The notes beneath the pieces are model-generated. The model worked only from the letters and a program-made list of their open reading frames with translations. It had not been told where the DNA came from and ran no database searches. Below, piece by piece: positions 17,863 to 26,048 of a stretch of 64,000 bases of DNA. Source of the DNA: Rhizomicrobium sp. GTDB lineage: Bacteria > Pseudomonadota > Alphaproteobacteria > Micropepsales > Micropepsaceae. Numbering within the stretch: the stretch's first letter is position 1; each line of letters opens with the position of its first letter. The position numbers were made by a program, and so were the translations under genes. The DNA lies in assembly GCA_035549495.1 (NCBI GenBank), contig DASZQV010000007.1:251601-315600 (forward strand), read 5' to 3'.

Positions 17863-19896
17863 ATGAAGACGCTTCACATCATCGCCGCTTCGTTGCTGGC
17901 GACGACGGCAGCCCTGGCGGCGCCGCAATATGGCGAGTGGGGCTTCGACACCGCCGGCATGGACCACGCCGTCAAGCCCGGCGACGACTTCTTCCGCTTT
18001 GCCAACGGCGCCTGGCTCGACAAGACGCCGATCCCCGCCGACAAGCCGGCCGTCTCGTTCCGCCTGCAGATGACGGATCGGGCCGAAGCGCGCATCCACG
18101 ACCTGCTCGAAGCCGCCAAGGACAAGGAGCCGACGGACCTCGAAGGCAAGGCCGGGCGCTTCTATCGCTCCTTCATGGACGAGGCGCGCGTGGAAGCCGC
18201 GGGCGCCAAGCCGCTCGACCCGCTGCTTGCCGACATCCGCGCCGCCAAGACCCGCGAGGCGCTGGCCGCACTGATGGGCCGCAGCAATGCCGATTTGGAA
18301 GCGTCGCTGTTCGGCTTCTTCATCGACGTCGATTTGAAGGACCCGGCGCACTACGCGGTCTATCTCGGCCAGAGCGGTCTCGGCCTTCCCGACCGCGACT
18401 ATTACCTGAAGCCCGATTTCGCCGCGCCGAAAGCGAAGTACGAGGCTTATGTCGCGCAGCTCCTCAAGCTTGCGGGCTGGCAGGGCGACGATGCCAAGGC
18501 GGTTGTCGATTTCGAGACCAAGGTCGCCGAAGCAAGCTGGAGCAAGGCCGAGCAGCGCGATCCGGTGAAGGTCTACAATCCGATGAGCGTCGACGAGCTT
18601 GGCGCCTTCGCGCCGGGCTTCGACTGGAAGGGCTTCCTCGGCGGTGCCGATCTGTCGAAAGTCACGCGCGTGGTCGTGGGCGAGAAGAGCGCCTTCCCCA
18701 AGCTCGCGGCGATCTTCGCCGCGACGCCGATCGAGACCTTGCAGGCCTGGCAAGCCTTCCGCGTCGCCGACAACGCGGCGCCCTATCTCTCCAAACCCTT
18801 CGCCGATGCCTGGTTCGAGATGCACGACAAGACGCTCTCCGGCCAGCAGCAGCAGAAAGCACGCTGGAAGCGTGCGGTGCTCGCGGTCAGCGGCGGCGAT
18901 TTCCTGGTCGGCGACCGCTTCGGCAGCTTCGGCACCATGGGCTTCGGCGTCGGCCAGCTCTACAGCGCGAAATACTTCCCGCCGGCCGCGAAAGCCAAGA
19001 TCGAGGCGCTGGTCGCGAACCTGAAGGCCGCCTATCGCGTGCGCCTGCAGCATCTCGACTGGATGAGCGACAAGACGCGCGAGCAGGCGCTGAAGAAGCT
19101 CGACACCTATACGATCAAGGTCGGCTATCCCGACCATCCGCGCGACTATTCGGGCCTCGTCGTCGGCGACGACATCCTGGGCAATGTGCGCCGCGCCGGC
19201 GCCGCCGATTGGGCGTTCACTGCCGGGCGGCTGTTCGGGCCCGTCGACAAGAGCGACTGGGTGATGACGCCGCAGACCAACGACGCCTATAACGGCACCC
19301 TGCGCGACATCGTCTTCCCCGCGGGCATCCTGCAGGCACCGATGTTCGACGCCGACGCCGATCCTGCGATCAACTACGGCGCCATCGGCGGCGTGATCGG
19401 CCACGAGCTCACCCACGGCTTCGACGACCAGGGCCGCAAGATCGACGCCGACGGGAGCTTGCGCGACTGGTGGACGCCCGAGGACGCCGCCAAATTCGAG
19501 GCGCGCGCCAAGGCGCTGGGCGAACAGTACTCGGCGTTCGAGCCGCTGCCCGGCGTGCATGTCAACGGCGACCTGACCATGGGCGAGAACATCGCCGATC
19601 TGGGCGGGCTGACCGTCGCGCTCGACGCCTATCACGCTTCGCTCGACGGCAAGCCCGCGCCCGTCATCGGCGGCCTCACGGGCGACCAGCGCGTGCTGCT
19701 CGGCTGGGCGCAGGCCTGGCGCGGCAAGGTCACCGACGATTTCGTGAAGAAGCAGGTCGTGAGCGATCCACATTCGCCTCGCCAGTTCCGCGTCAACGGC
19801 GTCGTGCGCAACGTCGACGCCTGGTACGCGTCGTTCGACGTGAAGGCGGGCCAGAAGCTCTATGTCGAGCCCAAGAAGCGCGTGAAGATCTGGTGA
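17863..19896 (+). CDS. pepO: M13-family zinc metallopeptidase paralogue (PepO-like), periplasmic
   Basis: Trimmed to MKTLHIIAASLLATTAALAAP (signal peptide). Has GHELTHGFD, ENIADLGG and KPGDDFFRFANGAWL. Only 13 nt after the adaptor gene. Confidence 0.9.
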   Translation: MKTLHIIAASLLATTAALAAPQYGEWGFDTAGMDHAVKPGDDFFRFANGAWLDKTPIPADKPAVSFRLQMTDRAEARIHDLLEAAKDKEPTDLEGKAGRFYRSFMDEARVEAAGAKPLDPLLADIRAAKTREALAALMGRSNADLEASLFGFFIDVDLKDPAHYAVYLGQSGLGLPDRDYYLKPDFAAPKAKYEAYVAQLLKLAGWQGDDAKAVVDFETKVAEASWSKAEQRDPVKVYNPMSVDELGAFAPGFDWKGFLGGADLSKVTRVVVGEKSAFPKLAAIFAATPIETLQAWQAFRVADNAAPYLSKPFADAWFEMHDKTLSGQQQQKARWKRAVLAVSGGDFLVGDRFGSFGTMGFGVGQLYSAKYFPPAAKAKIEALVANLKAAYRVRLQHLDWMSDKTREQALKKLDTYTIKVGYPDHPRDYSGLVVGDDILGNVRRAGAADWAFTAGRLFGPVDKSDWVMTPQTNDAYNGTLRDIVFPAGILQAPMFDADADPAINYGAIGGVIGHELTHGFDDQGRKIDADGSLRDWWTPEDAAKFEARAKALGEQYSAFEPLPGVHVNGDLTMGENIADLGGLTVALDAYHASLDGKPAPVIGGLTGDQRVLLGWAQAWRGKVTDDFVKKQVVSDPHSPRQFRVNGVVRNVDAWYASFDVKAGQKLYVEPKKRVKIW

Positions 19897-19902
19897 TGGC
19901 TG

Positions 19903-20541
19903 TCAGGGCGCCGTAGCGAGCCACGCCTTCGTAGCCTGGCAGGTGTCCAAGGCTCGCCGATAGGCCGCGCGCCCGGTCGTGCGCGCCATGTAGGCCTGCT
20001 CGGCTTCGCCCAGGACGACGCCGCCGGCTTTTTGCGCCAGGGTGAGGGCATAGGTCACCGAAATGTCGGCGGCCGTGAACGTATCGCCGGCGAGATAGGG
20101 CGAATGCGCGAGCTGCCGCGTCACGTGTCCCAGCTGTCTCGTGAACTGATCCAGCATCCAGCGCGCACCCCAATTCCGGCGCTCGGTCTCGGGCGCGAAG
20201 TTGCGGCTGACGACGACGAGCTGAATGGTGCCCGCGAGGCCCGCTTCGCCGAGGTGAAGGAATTGCTGATAGGCGCCGAAGGCGGGATCGTGCGGTGCAG
20301 GTGCCAATGATTTGGGGCCGTAGCGGGCGATCAGATACTCCATGATCGCGATGGACTCGACCATGGTGACGTTGCCGTCCCGGATCGCCGGGATGAAGCC
20401 TGCCGGATTGACGGCCAGGAACTCCGCGTCGTTCTCGACGCCGGCCAAGAGGTCCACCGGCCTCAGCCGATAGGCGAGGCCCATCTCTTCCAGCAGCCAG
20501 ACGACGCGGAACCCGCGTCCTTCCCCGAAGACGGTGATCAT
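19903..20541 (-). CDS. glutathione S-transferase
   Basis: N-terminal thioredoxin-like GST motifs (FLAVNPAGFIPAIRDGNVTMVESIAIMEYL) and a helical C-domain. Confidence 0.88.
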   Translation of the reverse strand: MITVFGEGRGFRVVWLLEEMGLAYRLRPVDLLAGVENDAEFLAVNPAGFIPAIRDGNVTMVESIAIMEYLIARYGPKSLAPAPHDPAFGAYQQFLHLGEAGLAGTIQLVVVSRNFAPETERRNWGARWMLDQFTRQLGHVTRQLAHSPYLAGDTFTAADISVTYALTLAQKAGGVVLGEAEQAYMARTTGRAAYRRALDTCQATKAWLATAP

Positions 20542-20542
20542 C

Positions 20543-21709
20543 TCAACGCGGCCAGGGCTTGAAATACTTCGCCAGCCTGACGCCCTGGCCCTGGTAGTTG
20601 GAGCTGATCCCCGTGCCGTAGAGCTTGTCCGGCGGCGCGCCGGTGGCGAGGCGGCTGTAGCTCAGCCAGCCCACGGTCTGGCCGTGCTCGAGCATGAACG
20701 ACACGCCGTAGGAGCGCACCTCCAGCACCGCCTTGCTGCCCTGCGCGCGCCCGTCCTGAAAGCCGAACCCGGGATCGAAGAAGCCCGCATAGTGCACGCG
20801 GAACTCGCCCGAGGCGGAATCGAACGGCACCATCTCGGCGGCGAGGTCGGGCGGCACGCCGACATCCTCGCGCGTCGCCAGGATGTAGAAATCGCCCTTG
20901 TCGAGCGGCAGCCTTCCGTCGATTTCGGCGATCGGCTCCCAGAACTCGCGCGGGTCGTAGTGGCCGATGCGGGTGAGATCGATCGTGTCGGTGGTCTTCT
21001 TGGCTTTGTAGCCGACGATGGCGCCCGCCCCCTTGCCGCGCAGATCGACCGAGACCGGGACATCGGTGCCGCGCAACGGCAAGAGCTCGCCGTCGACCGT
21101 CGCGAGCTGGCCCGCGCGATAGCGCGCCTCCAGCCCGTCTTCCGTCGTCAACGGCACGCTCGGCATGCCGCGCACCAGACGCAGCTGGTTCAGCCGCACG
21201 CCCTGCTGCACGACGATGGAGAACGCCTGCGGCGCGACCTCGAGATAGAGCGGGCCTTCATAGCCGCGCGGCACCACGTCGAACTGGGTGGCCGCGTCGG
21301 TGATCAGCCGCACCAGCACGTCGATGCGCCCCGTGGAACTCTTCGGATTGGCGATGCCGCGGATGCCGCCCTTCAGCCGCACGCTCTCCAGCAGCTCGAC
21401 GACATAGACAACGCCGCTCTCGAACACGGCCGGTTTGGTGAGATCGATCTCGGTGCCGCCCAGCTGCTCGACGCGCGCCGCGACGCTGTTGCCCGCGCCG
21501 GGCAGGAAGCTCGCGCGCACGCGCCAGGCGCGCTTGCCGAGCCTGAGATCGATGCTCGCGGGCTGGATCTGGTCGGCGTCGAACTCCACGCCGGCGAGGA
21601 TCTCGCGCGTGTTGTGGAGATGGCGCAAGCCCTGATACGAGATCACGCCGGTGCCGTCGAGGATCACGGGCTCCTCCTCCACCGCGAAAAGCCTTGGCGT
21701 TGCGCTCAT
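20543..21709 (-). CDS. 2'-deoxycytidine 5'-triphosphate deaminase-like protein (large two-lobe DCD family)
   Basis: IQPASIDLRLG, GIANPKSSTGRIDV and a duplicated dUTPase-like fold. Start set at MSATPRLF (21709); the track start 21745 is possible. 1-nt gap to the GST gene. Confidence 0.8.
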   Translation of the reverse strand: MSATPRLFAVEEEPVILDGTGVISYQGLRHLHNTREILAGVEFDADQIQPASIDLRLGKRAWRVRASFLPGAGNSVAARVEQLGGTEIDLTKPAVFESGVVYVVELLESVRLKGGIRGIANPKSSTGRIDVLVRLITDAATQFDVVPRGYEGPLYLEVAPQAFSIVVQQGVRLNQLRLVRGMPSVPLTTEDGLEARYRAGQLATVDGELLPLRGTDVPVSVDLRGKGAGAIVGYKAKKTTDTIDLTRIGHYDPREFWEPIAEIDGRLPLDKGDFYILATREDVGVPPDLAAEMVPFDSASGEFRVHYAGFFDPGFGFQDGRAQGSKAVLEVRSYGVSFMLEHGQTVGWLSYSRLATGAPPDKLYGTGISSNYQGQGVRLAKYFKPWPR

Positions 21710-21853
21710 CGCCGCACTATTCGCTCGCGCAACGCCCGACCGCAAGCGCTATTGCACCTATCCACAACTCACAGGGCTGTGGAAGATTGGCCTGTGGATC
21801 GTTTCGTCCACAGCGCGCTGGGCGCCGGACTCGATCGGCGCCCGAATTCAACC

Positions 21854-21904
21854 CTGTCATGGCCCCGCGAATGCGAGGTGGCCCGCATTCGCGGGCCATG
21901 ACAG
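21854..21904. repeat. REP/MITE-like palindromic element, family 1 (CTGTCATGGCC...GGCCATGACAG)
   Basis: CTGTCATGGCCCCGCGAATGCG-aggtggc-CGCATTCGCGGGCCATGACAG. Lies 3' of the acyl-CoA dehydrogenase gene. Confidence 0.75.
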
Positions 21905-21928
21905 TCAGGTTTCTCTTGCGTGCCGGCC

Positions 21929-23164
21929 CTACAGCAGGTCGCCGCCCGCCGCCGAGGCCGTGGTGCCGTATTTCTCATAGGCCTTGATGACGTTGCGCCC
22001 CACGGTCCAGCGATGGACCTCGTCCGGGCCGTCCACAAGGCGCTGCGAGCGGATATGGGTGTACCACGAGGCGAGCGGCGTATCCTGACTGTAACCGAGC
22101 GCGCCGTGAAGCTGGATCGCGGTGTCGACGACCTTGTGCACCATATGCGCCAGGAACACCTTGGCGATGCCGTTCTCCTGGCGCAGGTCGAGGCCCTTCT
22201 CGGCCTTGTAGGCGATGTGCAGCAGCATCAGCCGCGCCATGTAGAGCTCGCTCGCGCAATCGGCCAGCATGAACTGCACGCCTTGGCGCTCGGACAATTT
22301 CTTGCCGAAGGTCGTGCGCGAGGTCACCTGCTTGGTCGCCATGTCGAGCGCGCGCTGCGCCATCGCGACGTTGTGCATGCCGTGGCGCAGGCGCCCGTAA
22401 GCCAGGCGATGCTGGCCCATGTTGAAGCCGTTGCCCTCGCCGCCGAGAATATTTTCGGCCGGGACCTCGAGGTCCTTGATCTCGATCTCGCTGTGGCCGC
22501 CGCCCATGATGTGCGAGAGCGGGCTTTCGACGGCCATCGTCTTGATGTCGCGCAGGATGTTGTAGCCGGGGTTGGGCAGCTCGACGATGAAAGTCGAGAA
22601 TTGCTGGTGGCGCGGCGCGTCGGGATTGGTCTTGGCCATCACCAGCGCGATGTCGGCGGCGCTGGCGGCGGACGAGAACCACTTCTCGCCGTTCAGCACA
22701 TAGGCGCTGTTGCCCTTCTTCTCGGCGCGGGTCTGCATGCCGGTCGCGTCCGCGCCCGCCGCCTTTTCCGTCATGGAATAGCAGATGCGCTTCTCGCCGT
22801 TGAGCAAGGGCTTCAGGAATTTCTCTTTCTGATAATCGGTGCCGTGCGCGAGAAGCGTGAGCATCGTCGCGTCGTCGGGGCCTTGGGAGTTCATCGACAA
22901 GGCGCCCAGATGGCTCTGGCCGAGCTCCATCTGCACCAGCGCGTTGGCGAGCGGCCCGAGCCCCATGCCGCCATGCTCTTTCGGAATGAACGGGCACCAC
23001 AGGCCCTGCGCCCGCGCCTTGGCGCGCAGCTCGGCGAGCACGGTCTTGTAGCTCTCCTTGTCCTTCAGCCGCTTTTCGGCCGGGATGCATTCGTCCTGCA
23101 CCCATTCGCGCACGCGCGCGCGGATCTGCTTCGCGTCTTCGGGGATCTCGAAGTCGATGGCCAT
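21929..23164 (-). CDS. acyl-CoA dehydrogenase
   Basis: 411 aa. ACAD N/M/C-domain motifs (YSMTEKAAGADATGMQT, GEKWFSSAASAADIALVMA, catalytic-base region near the C-terminus). Confidence 0.92.
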   Translation of the reverse strand: MAIDFEIPEDAKQIRARVREWVQDECIPAEKRLKDKESYKTVLAELRAKARAQGLWCPFIPKEHGGMGLGPLANALVQMELGQSHLGALSMNSQGPDDATMLTLLAHGTDYQKEKFLKPLLNGEKRICYSMTEKAAGADATGMQTRAEKKGNSAYVLNGEKWFSSAASAADIALVMAKTNPDAPRHQQFSTFIVELPNPGYNILRDIKTMAVESPLSHIMGGGHSEIEIKDLEVPAENILGGEGNGFNMGQHRLAYGRLRHGMHNVAMAQRALDMATKQVTSRTTFGKKLSERQGVQFMLADCASELYMARLMLLHIAYKAEKGLDLRQENGIAKVFLAHMVHKVVDTAIQLHGALGYSQDTPLASWYTHIRSQRLVDGPDEVHRWTVGRNVIKAYEKYGTTASAAGGDLL

Positions 23165-23194
23165 GGTCAGTCTCCGGTTTTGGCGTCATCCACA

Positions 23195-23255
23195 CTGTCA
23201 TGGCTCGGCTTGACCGGGCCATCCATGGATGACCCGCTTTCGCGGGCCATGACAG
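23195..23255. repeat. REP/MITE-like palindromic element, family 1
   Basis: CTGTCATGGCTCGGCTTGACCGGGCCATCCATGGATGACCCGCTTTCGCGGGCCATGACAG. Lies between the P450 stop and the ACAD start. Confidence 0.75.
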
Positions 23256-23263
23256 AAGAGCGT

Positions 23264-24457
23264 TTAGTCCGCACGATAGCGAACGGTGAGGTGCTTCGGG
23301 CCCGAGATGAAATTGGAGGCGAGCCACTCCGGCGTGCCCACGATCTCGATGTCCTTCATGCGCGAGAGCACCTCGATCAGGATCGCGTCGATCTCGATGC
23401 GCGCGATGTGCTGGCCGAGGCACCCATGCGGGCCGGTGCCGAACGCGATGTGCTCGTTGGGCGCGCGCGCGAGGTCGAGCACGTCCGGCCTGTCGAACTT
23501 CTCGGGGTCGCGGTTGGCCGAGCCGAAATACATCACGACCTTGTCGCCCGCTTCGATCCGCTCGCCGCCGAGCACGACGTCGTGCTTCGCGGTGCGGCGC
23601 ATGTAGATCACGGGCGTCGTATAGCGCAGCAGCTCCTCGCGCGCCGACGCGACGCGGCCGGGGAGATCCTCCATCAGCCACGCCAATTGATCGGGGTTCT
23701 GCAGCAACGCAATGAGCCCCGACGACAGGAGGTTGCGCGTGGTGTCGCCGCCGGCATCGACGAGCAAAAGAAAGAACAGCAGGAACTCGATGTCCTCGAG
23801 ACGCTTGCCGTCGACCTCGGCATGGAGGAGCTTGGTCGCGAGGTCCTCGCCCGGACGCGCGCGCTTCTCGTCGATCACCTTGCGGCCGTATTCGAACATC
23901 TTGAACACCGCCATGGCGCCCGCGCCCGGCGCCTGCGCTTCCGGCGCGGTGTGGATCGCCTCGGTCAGCTTGTAGAGCTCGCGCCCGTCCTCGAGCGGGA
24001 TGCCGAGCAGCTCCGCGATCACATAGGATGGCATCTCGCCCGCGACCTGCTCGACGAAATCGCACTCCCCGCCGGCGACCGCGCAATCGACGATCTGCTT
24101 GGCCAGCGCGTTCATGCGCGGCACGCGGCCGGCCGTCACCGGCGCGGTGAACTCGTTGCGGATGAGCTTGCGGTACGCCGTGTGCTGCGGCGGGTCCATC
24201 ATCAGCATCATCTTGTGGCCGCCGAACGCGTTCGCCGCTTCGGCCGCCGGATCGCTGATCATGATCGTGGGTTCCGACGAGAAGTTCTGGAAGTCGCGGT
24301 CGACCTCCCACACCTCCTTGAACCGCGTTACCGCCCAGAAGCCCTTGCCGTCCGGCTCCTCGTGCCGGAAGACGGGCGCGTTCTCGCGCAGCCAGCGGTA
24401 TTGCGCGAACGGGTGGCCGCTTGCGAAGCTCGACGGCGAGAGAAGATCGATCTTCAT
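23264..24457 (-). CDS. cytochrome P450
   Basis: Track ORF 23264..25249 trimmed to MKIDLLSPSSFASGHPFAQYRWLRENAPV. Has I-helix AGGDTT, EELLRY (ExxR) and heme loop FGTGPHGCLG. Confidence 0.9.
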   Translation of the reverse strand: MKIDLLSPSSFASGHPFAQYRWLRENAPVFRHEEPDGKGFWAVTRFKEVWEVDRDFQNFSSEPTIMISDPAAEAANAFGGHKMMLMMDPPQHTAYRKLIRNEFTAPVTAGRVPRMNALAKQIVDCAVAGGECDFVEQVAGEMPSYVIAELLGIPLEDGRELYKLTEAIHTAPEAQAPGAGAMAVFKMFEYGRKVIDEKRARPGEDLATKLLHAEVDGKRLEDIEFLLFFLLLVDAGGDTTRNLLSSGLIALLQNPDQLAWLMEDLPGRVASAREELLRYTTPVIYMRRTAKHDVVLGGERIEAGDKVVMYFGSANRDPEKFDRPDVLDLARAPNEHIAFGTGPHGCLGQHIARIEIDAILIEVLSRMKDIEIVGTPEWLASNFISGPKHLTVRYRAD

Positions 24458-24466
24458 GGGACCATC

Positions 24467-25186
24467 ATGGCCTCTGCGCTGCGCTCGATACAAGGTTCGG
24501 TCGTGCTGATCACCGGCGCGGCCAGCGGCATGGGCCGCGCCACGGCCGAAGTTTTCGCTGCGGAAGGCGCCATCGTCGCGGCGACCGACCTGAGCGGCAC
24601 TGACTGGACCATGGACGTTTCGGACGCGGCCCAGGTGCGCAGCGTCGTCGACGCCATCGCCGCCAAACATGGCCGCCTCGACGTCGTCGTCAACAACGCC
24701 GGCATCTCGGCCTTCAGCGCGATCGATTCCGAGAACTACGACGAGGTGTGGACCCGCGCGCTGTCGGTGCTGCTGACCGCGCAGCAGCGGGTGATCCGCG
24801 CAGCGCTGCCCTATCTGCGCCGCGCCGAGTTCCCGCGCATCGTCAACATCGCCTCGACCGAAGCGCTCGGCGCCACCTCGCGCGACAGCCCCTATGCGGC
24901 GGCGAAAGCGGGCGTCACCGGGCTGACCCGCGCGCTCGCCGTCGAGCTCGGCCGCGAAGGCATCACGGTCAACTGCATCTGCCCCGGCCCGATCGCGACC
25001 GCGATGACGGCGTCGATCTCCGACGAGCACAAGGAGATCTTCGCCAAGCGCCGCACCGCGCTCGGCCGCTACGGCCGGCCGGAGGAGGTCGCGCACATGA
25101 CGTTGAGCCTGTGCCTGCCGGCCGCGTCCTACATCACCGGCGCGACCATCCCCGTCGACGGCGGATTGATGGCGCGCAATGCCTGA
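24467..25186 (+). CDS. SDR-family oxidoreductase
   Basis: Own start call MASALRSIQGSVVLITGAASGMG. Has NNAG and YAAAK. Lies in frame inside the artefactual track ORF 21920..25186. Confidence 0.9.
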   Translation: MASALRSIQGSVVLITGAASGMGRATAEVFAAEGAIVAATDLSGTDWTMDVSDAAQVRSVVDAIAAKHGRLDVVVNNAGISAFSAIDSENYDEVWTRALSVLLTAQQRVIRAALPYLRRAEFPRIVNIASTEALGATSRDSPYAAAKAGVTGLTRALAVELGREGITVNCICPGPIATAMTASISDEHKEIFAKRRTALGRYGRPEEVAHMTLSLCLPAASYITGATIPVDGGLMARNA

Positions 25187-26048
25187 GCCCGGGCCGGACT
25201 TCACCTGCATCGGCATGGGCAAGGCCGGCACCGGCTGGCTGTTCGACACTTTGCTGCATCACCCCGATTTCTGGATGCCGCCGATGAAAGAGCTTCACTA
25301 CCTCGATCATCGCATCCCGAAGATCCGCCGCGCCGAGATCCAGGGCAACAAGCCGCGCCGCAAGCTCGAGCGCGACCGCCGCGCGCGCAACATGCCGCCG
25401 CTCGAGGAGCGCGACTTCGCGTTCTTCGAGGAGATCCGGACCGTCACCAACAAGCCGATCGACTATCGGGCTTACGCGCGCCTGTTCCGCCACAAGGGCA
25501 CCCAATTGAGCGGCGACGTGACGCCGAGCTATGCGGCGATGGAAGAGGAGCTGGTGGCCGGCGCGATGGGCGCCTTCCCGAAGCTCAAGGTGATCGTGCT
25601 GGTGCGCGATCCCGTCGCGCGCGCCTGGTCGCATTTCACCATGAAGCTGCGCAAGAACTTCGCGGCGGAAGAAGACATCTTCGATCCCGAATGCCTGCGC
25701 CGGATGCTCGCCACGCCGAACAACGGCGCCGGCTACCGCGCCTCGACGACCGCGCGGCGATGGCGGCGCCATGTCCCCGACGAGCAGTTCCGCGTCTTCT
25801 TCTTCGACGACCTCCAGGCCGAGCCCGAGCGCATCTCGCGCGAGATCCTCTCCTTCCTCGGCGCCGATCCCGACAAGCAGGCGGAAGTCCGCCACAACCG
25901 CAAAGCCGACCACGCCAAGACCGAGATGACGCCCGAGGTGCGCGACTTTCTCATCGCGGCATTCACCGAAGAGCTGCGCGCCTGCGCCGAAGTCTTCGGC
26001 GGCCCCGCGCTGAACTGGCCCGCGAAATACGGCGTCAGCCTGCGCTGA
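25179..26048 (+). CDS. cytosolic sulfotransferase-family protein
   Basis: 5'-PSB-like loop GMGKAGTGWL and 3'-PB-like VLVRDPVARAWSHF. 8-nt overlap with the SDR gene. Confidence 0.72.
   Translation: MPEPGPDFTCIGMGKAGTGWLFDTLLHHPDFWMPPMKELHYLDHRIPKIRRAEIQGNKPRRKLERDRRARNMPPLEERDFAFFEEIRTVTNKPIDYRAYARLFRHKGTQLSGDVTPSYAAMEEELVAGAMGAFPKLKVIVLVRDPVARAWSHFTMKLRKNFAAEEDIFDPECLRRMLATPNNGAGYRASTTARRWRRHVPDEQFRVFFFDDLQAEPERISREILSFLGADPDKQAEVRHNRKADHAKTEMTPEVRDFLIAAFTEELRACAEVFGGPALNWPAKYGVSLR

Noticed and set aside
20543-21709. The dCTP-deaminase-like gene as an anti-phage nucleotide-depletion defence system.
   Set aside because: It is the large two-lobe DCD-family protein that I recall being widespread as a conserved chromosomal gene in alphaproteobacteria. 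It is tightly linked to a GST and has no neighbouring defence, mobile or toxin genes. Nothing in the sequence suggests a defence island.
21854-21860. The CTGTCAT termini of repeat family 1 as PhoB boxes.
   Set aside because: The heptamer equals the enterobacterial Pho-box half-site. However, it occurs here as inverted termini of a palindromic element at the 3' ends of genes. It is not arranged as 11-bp-phased direct repeats in a promoter.
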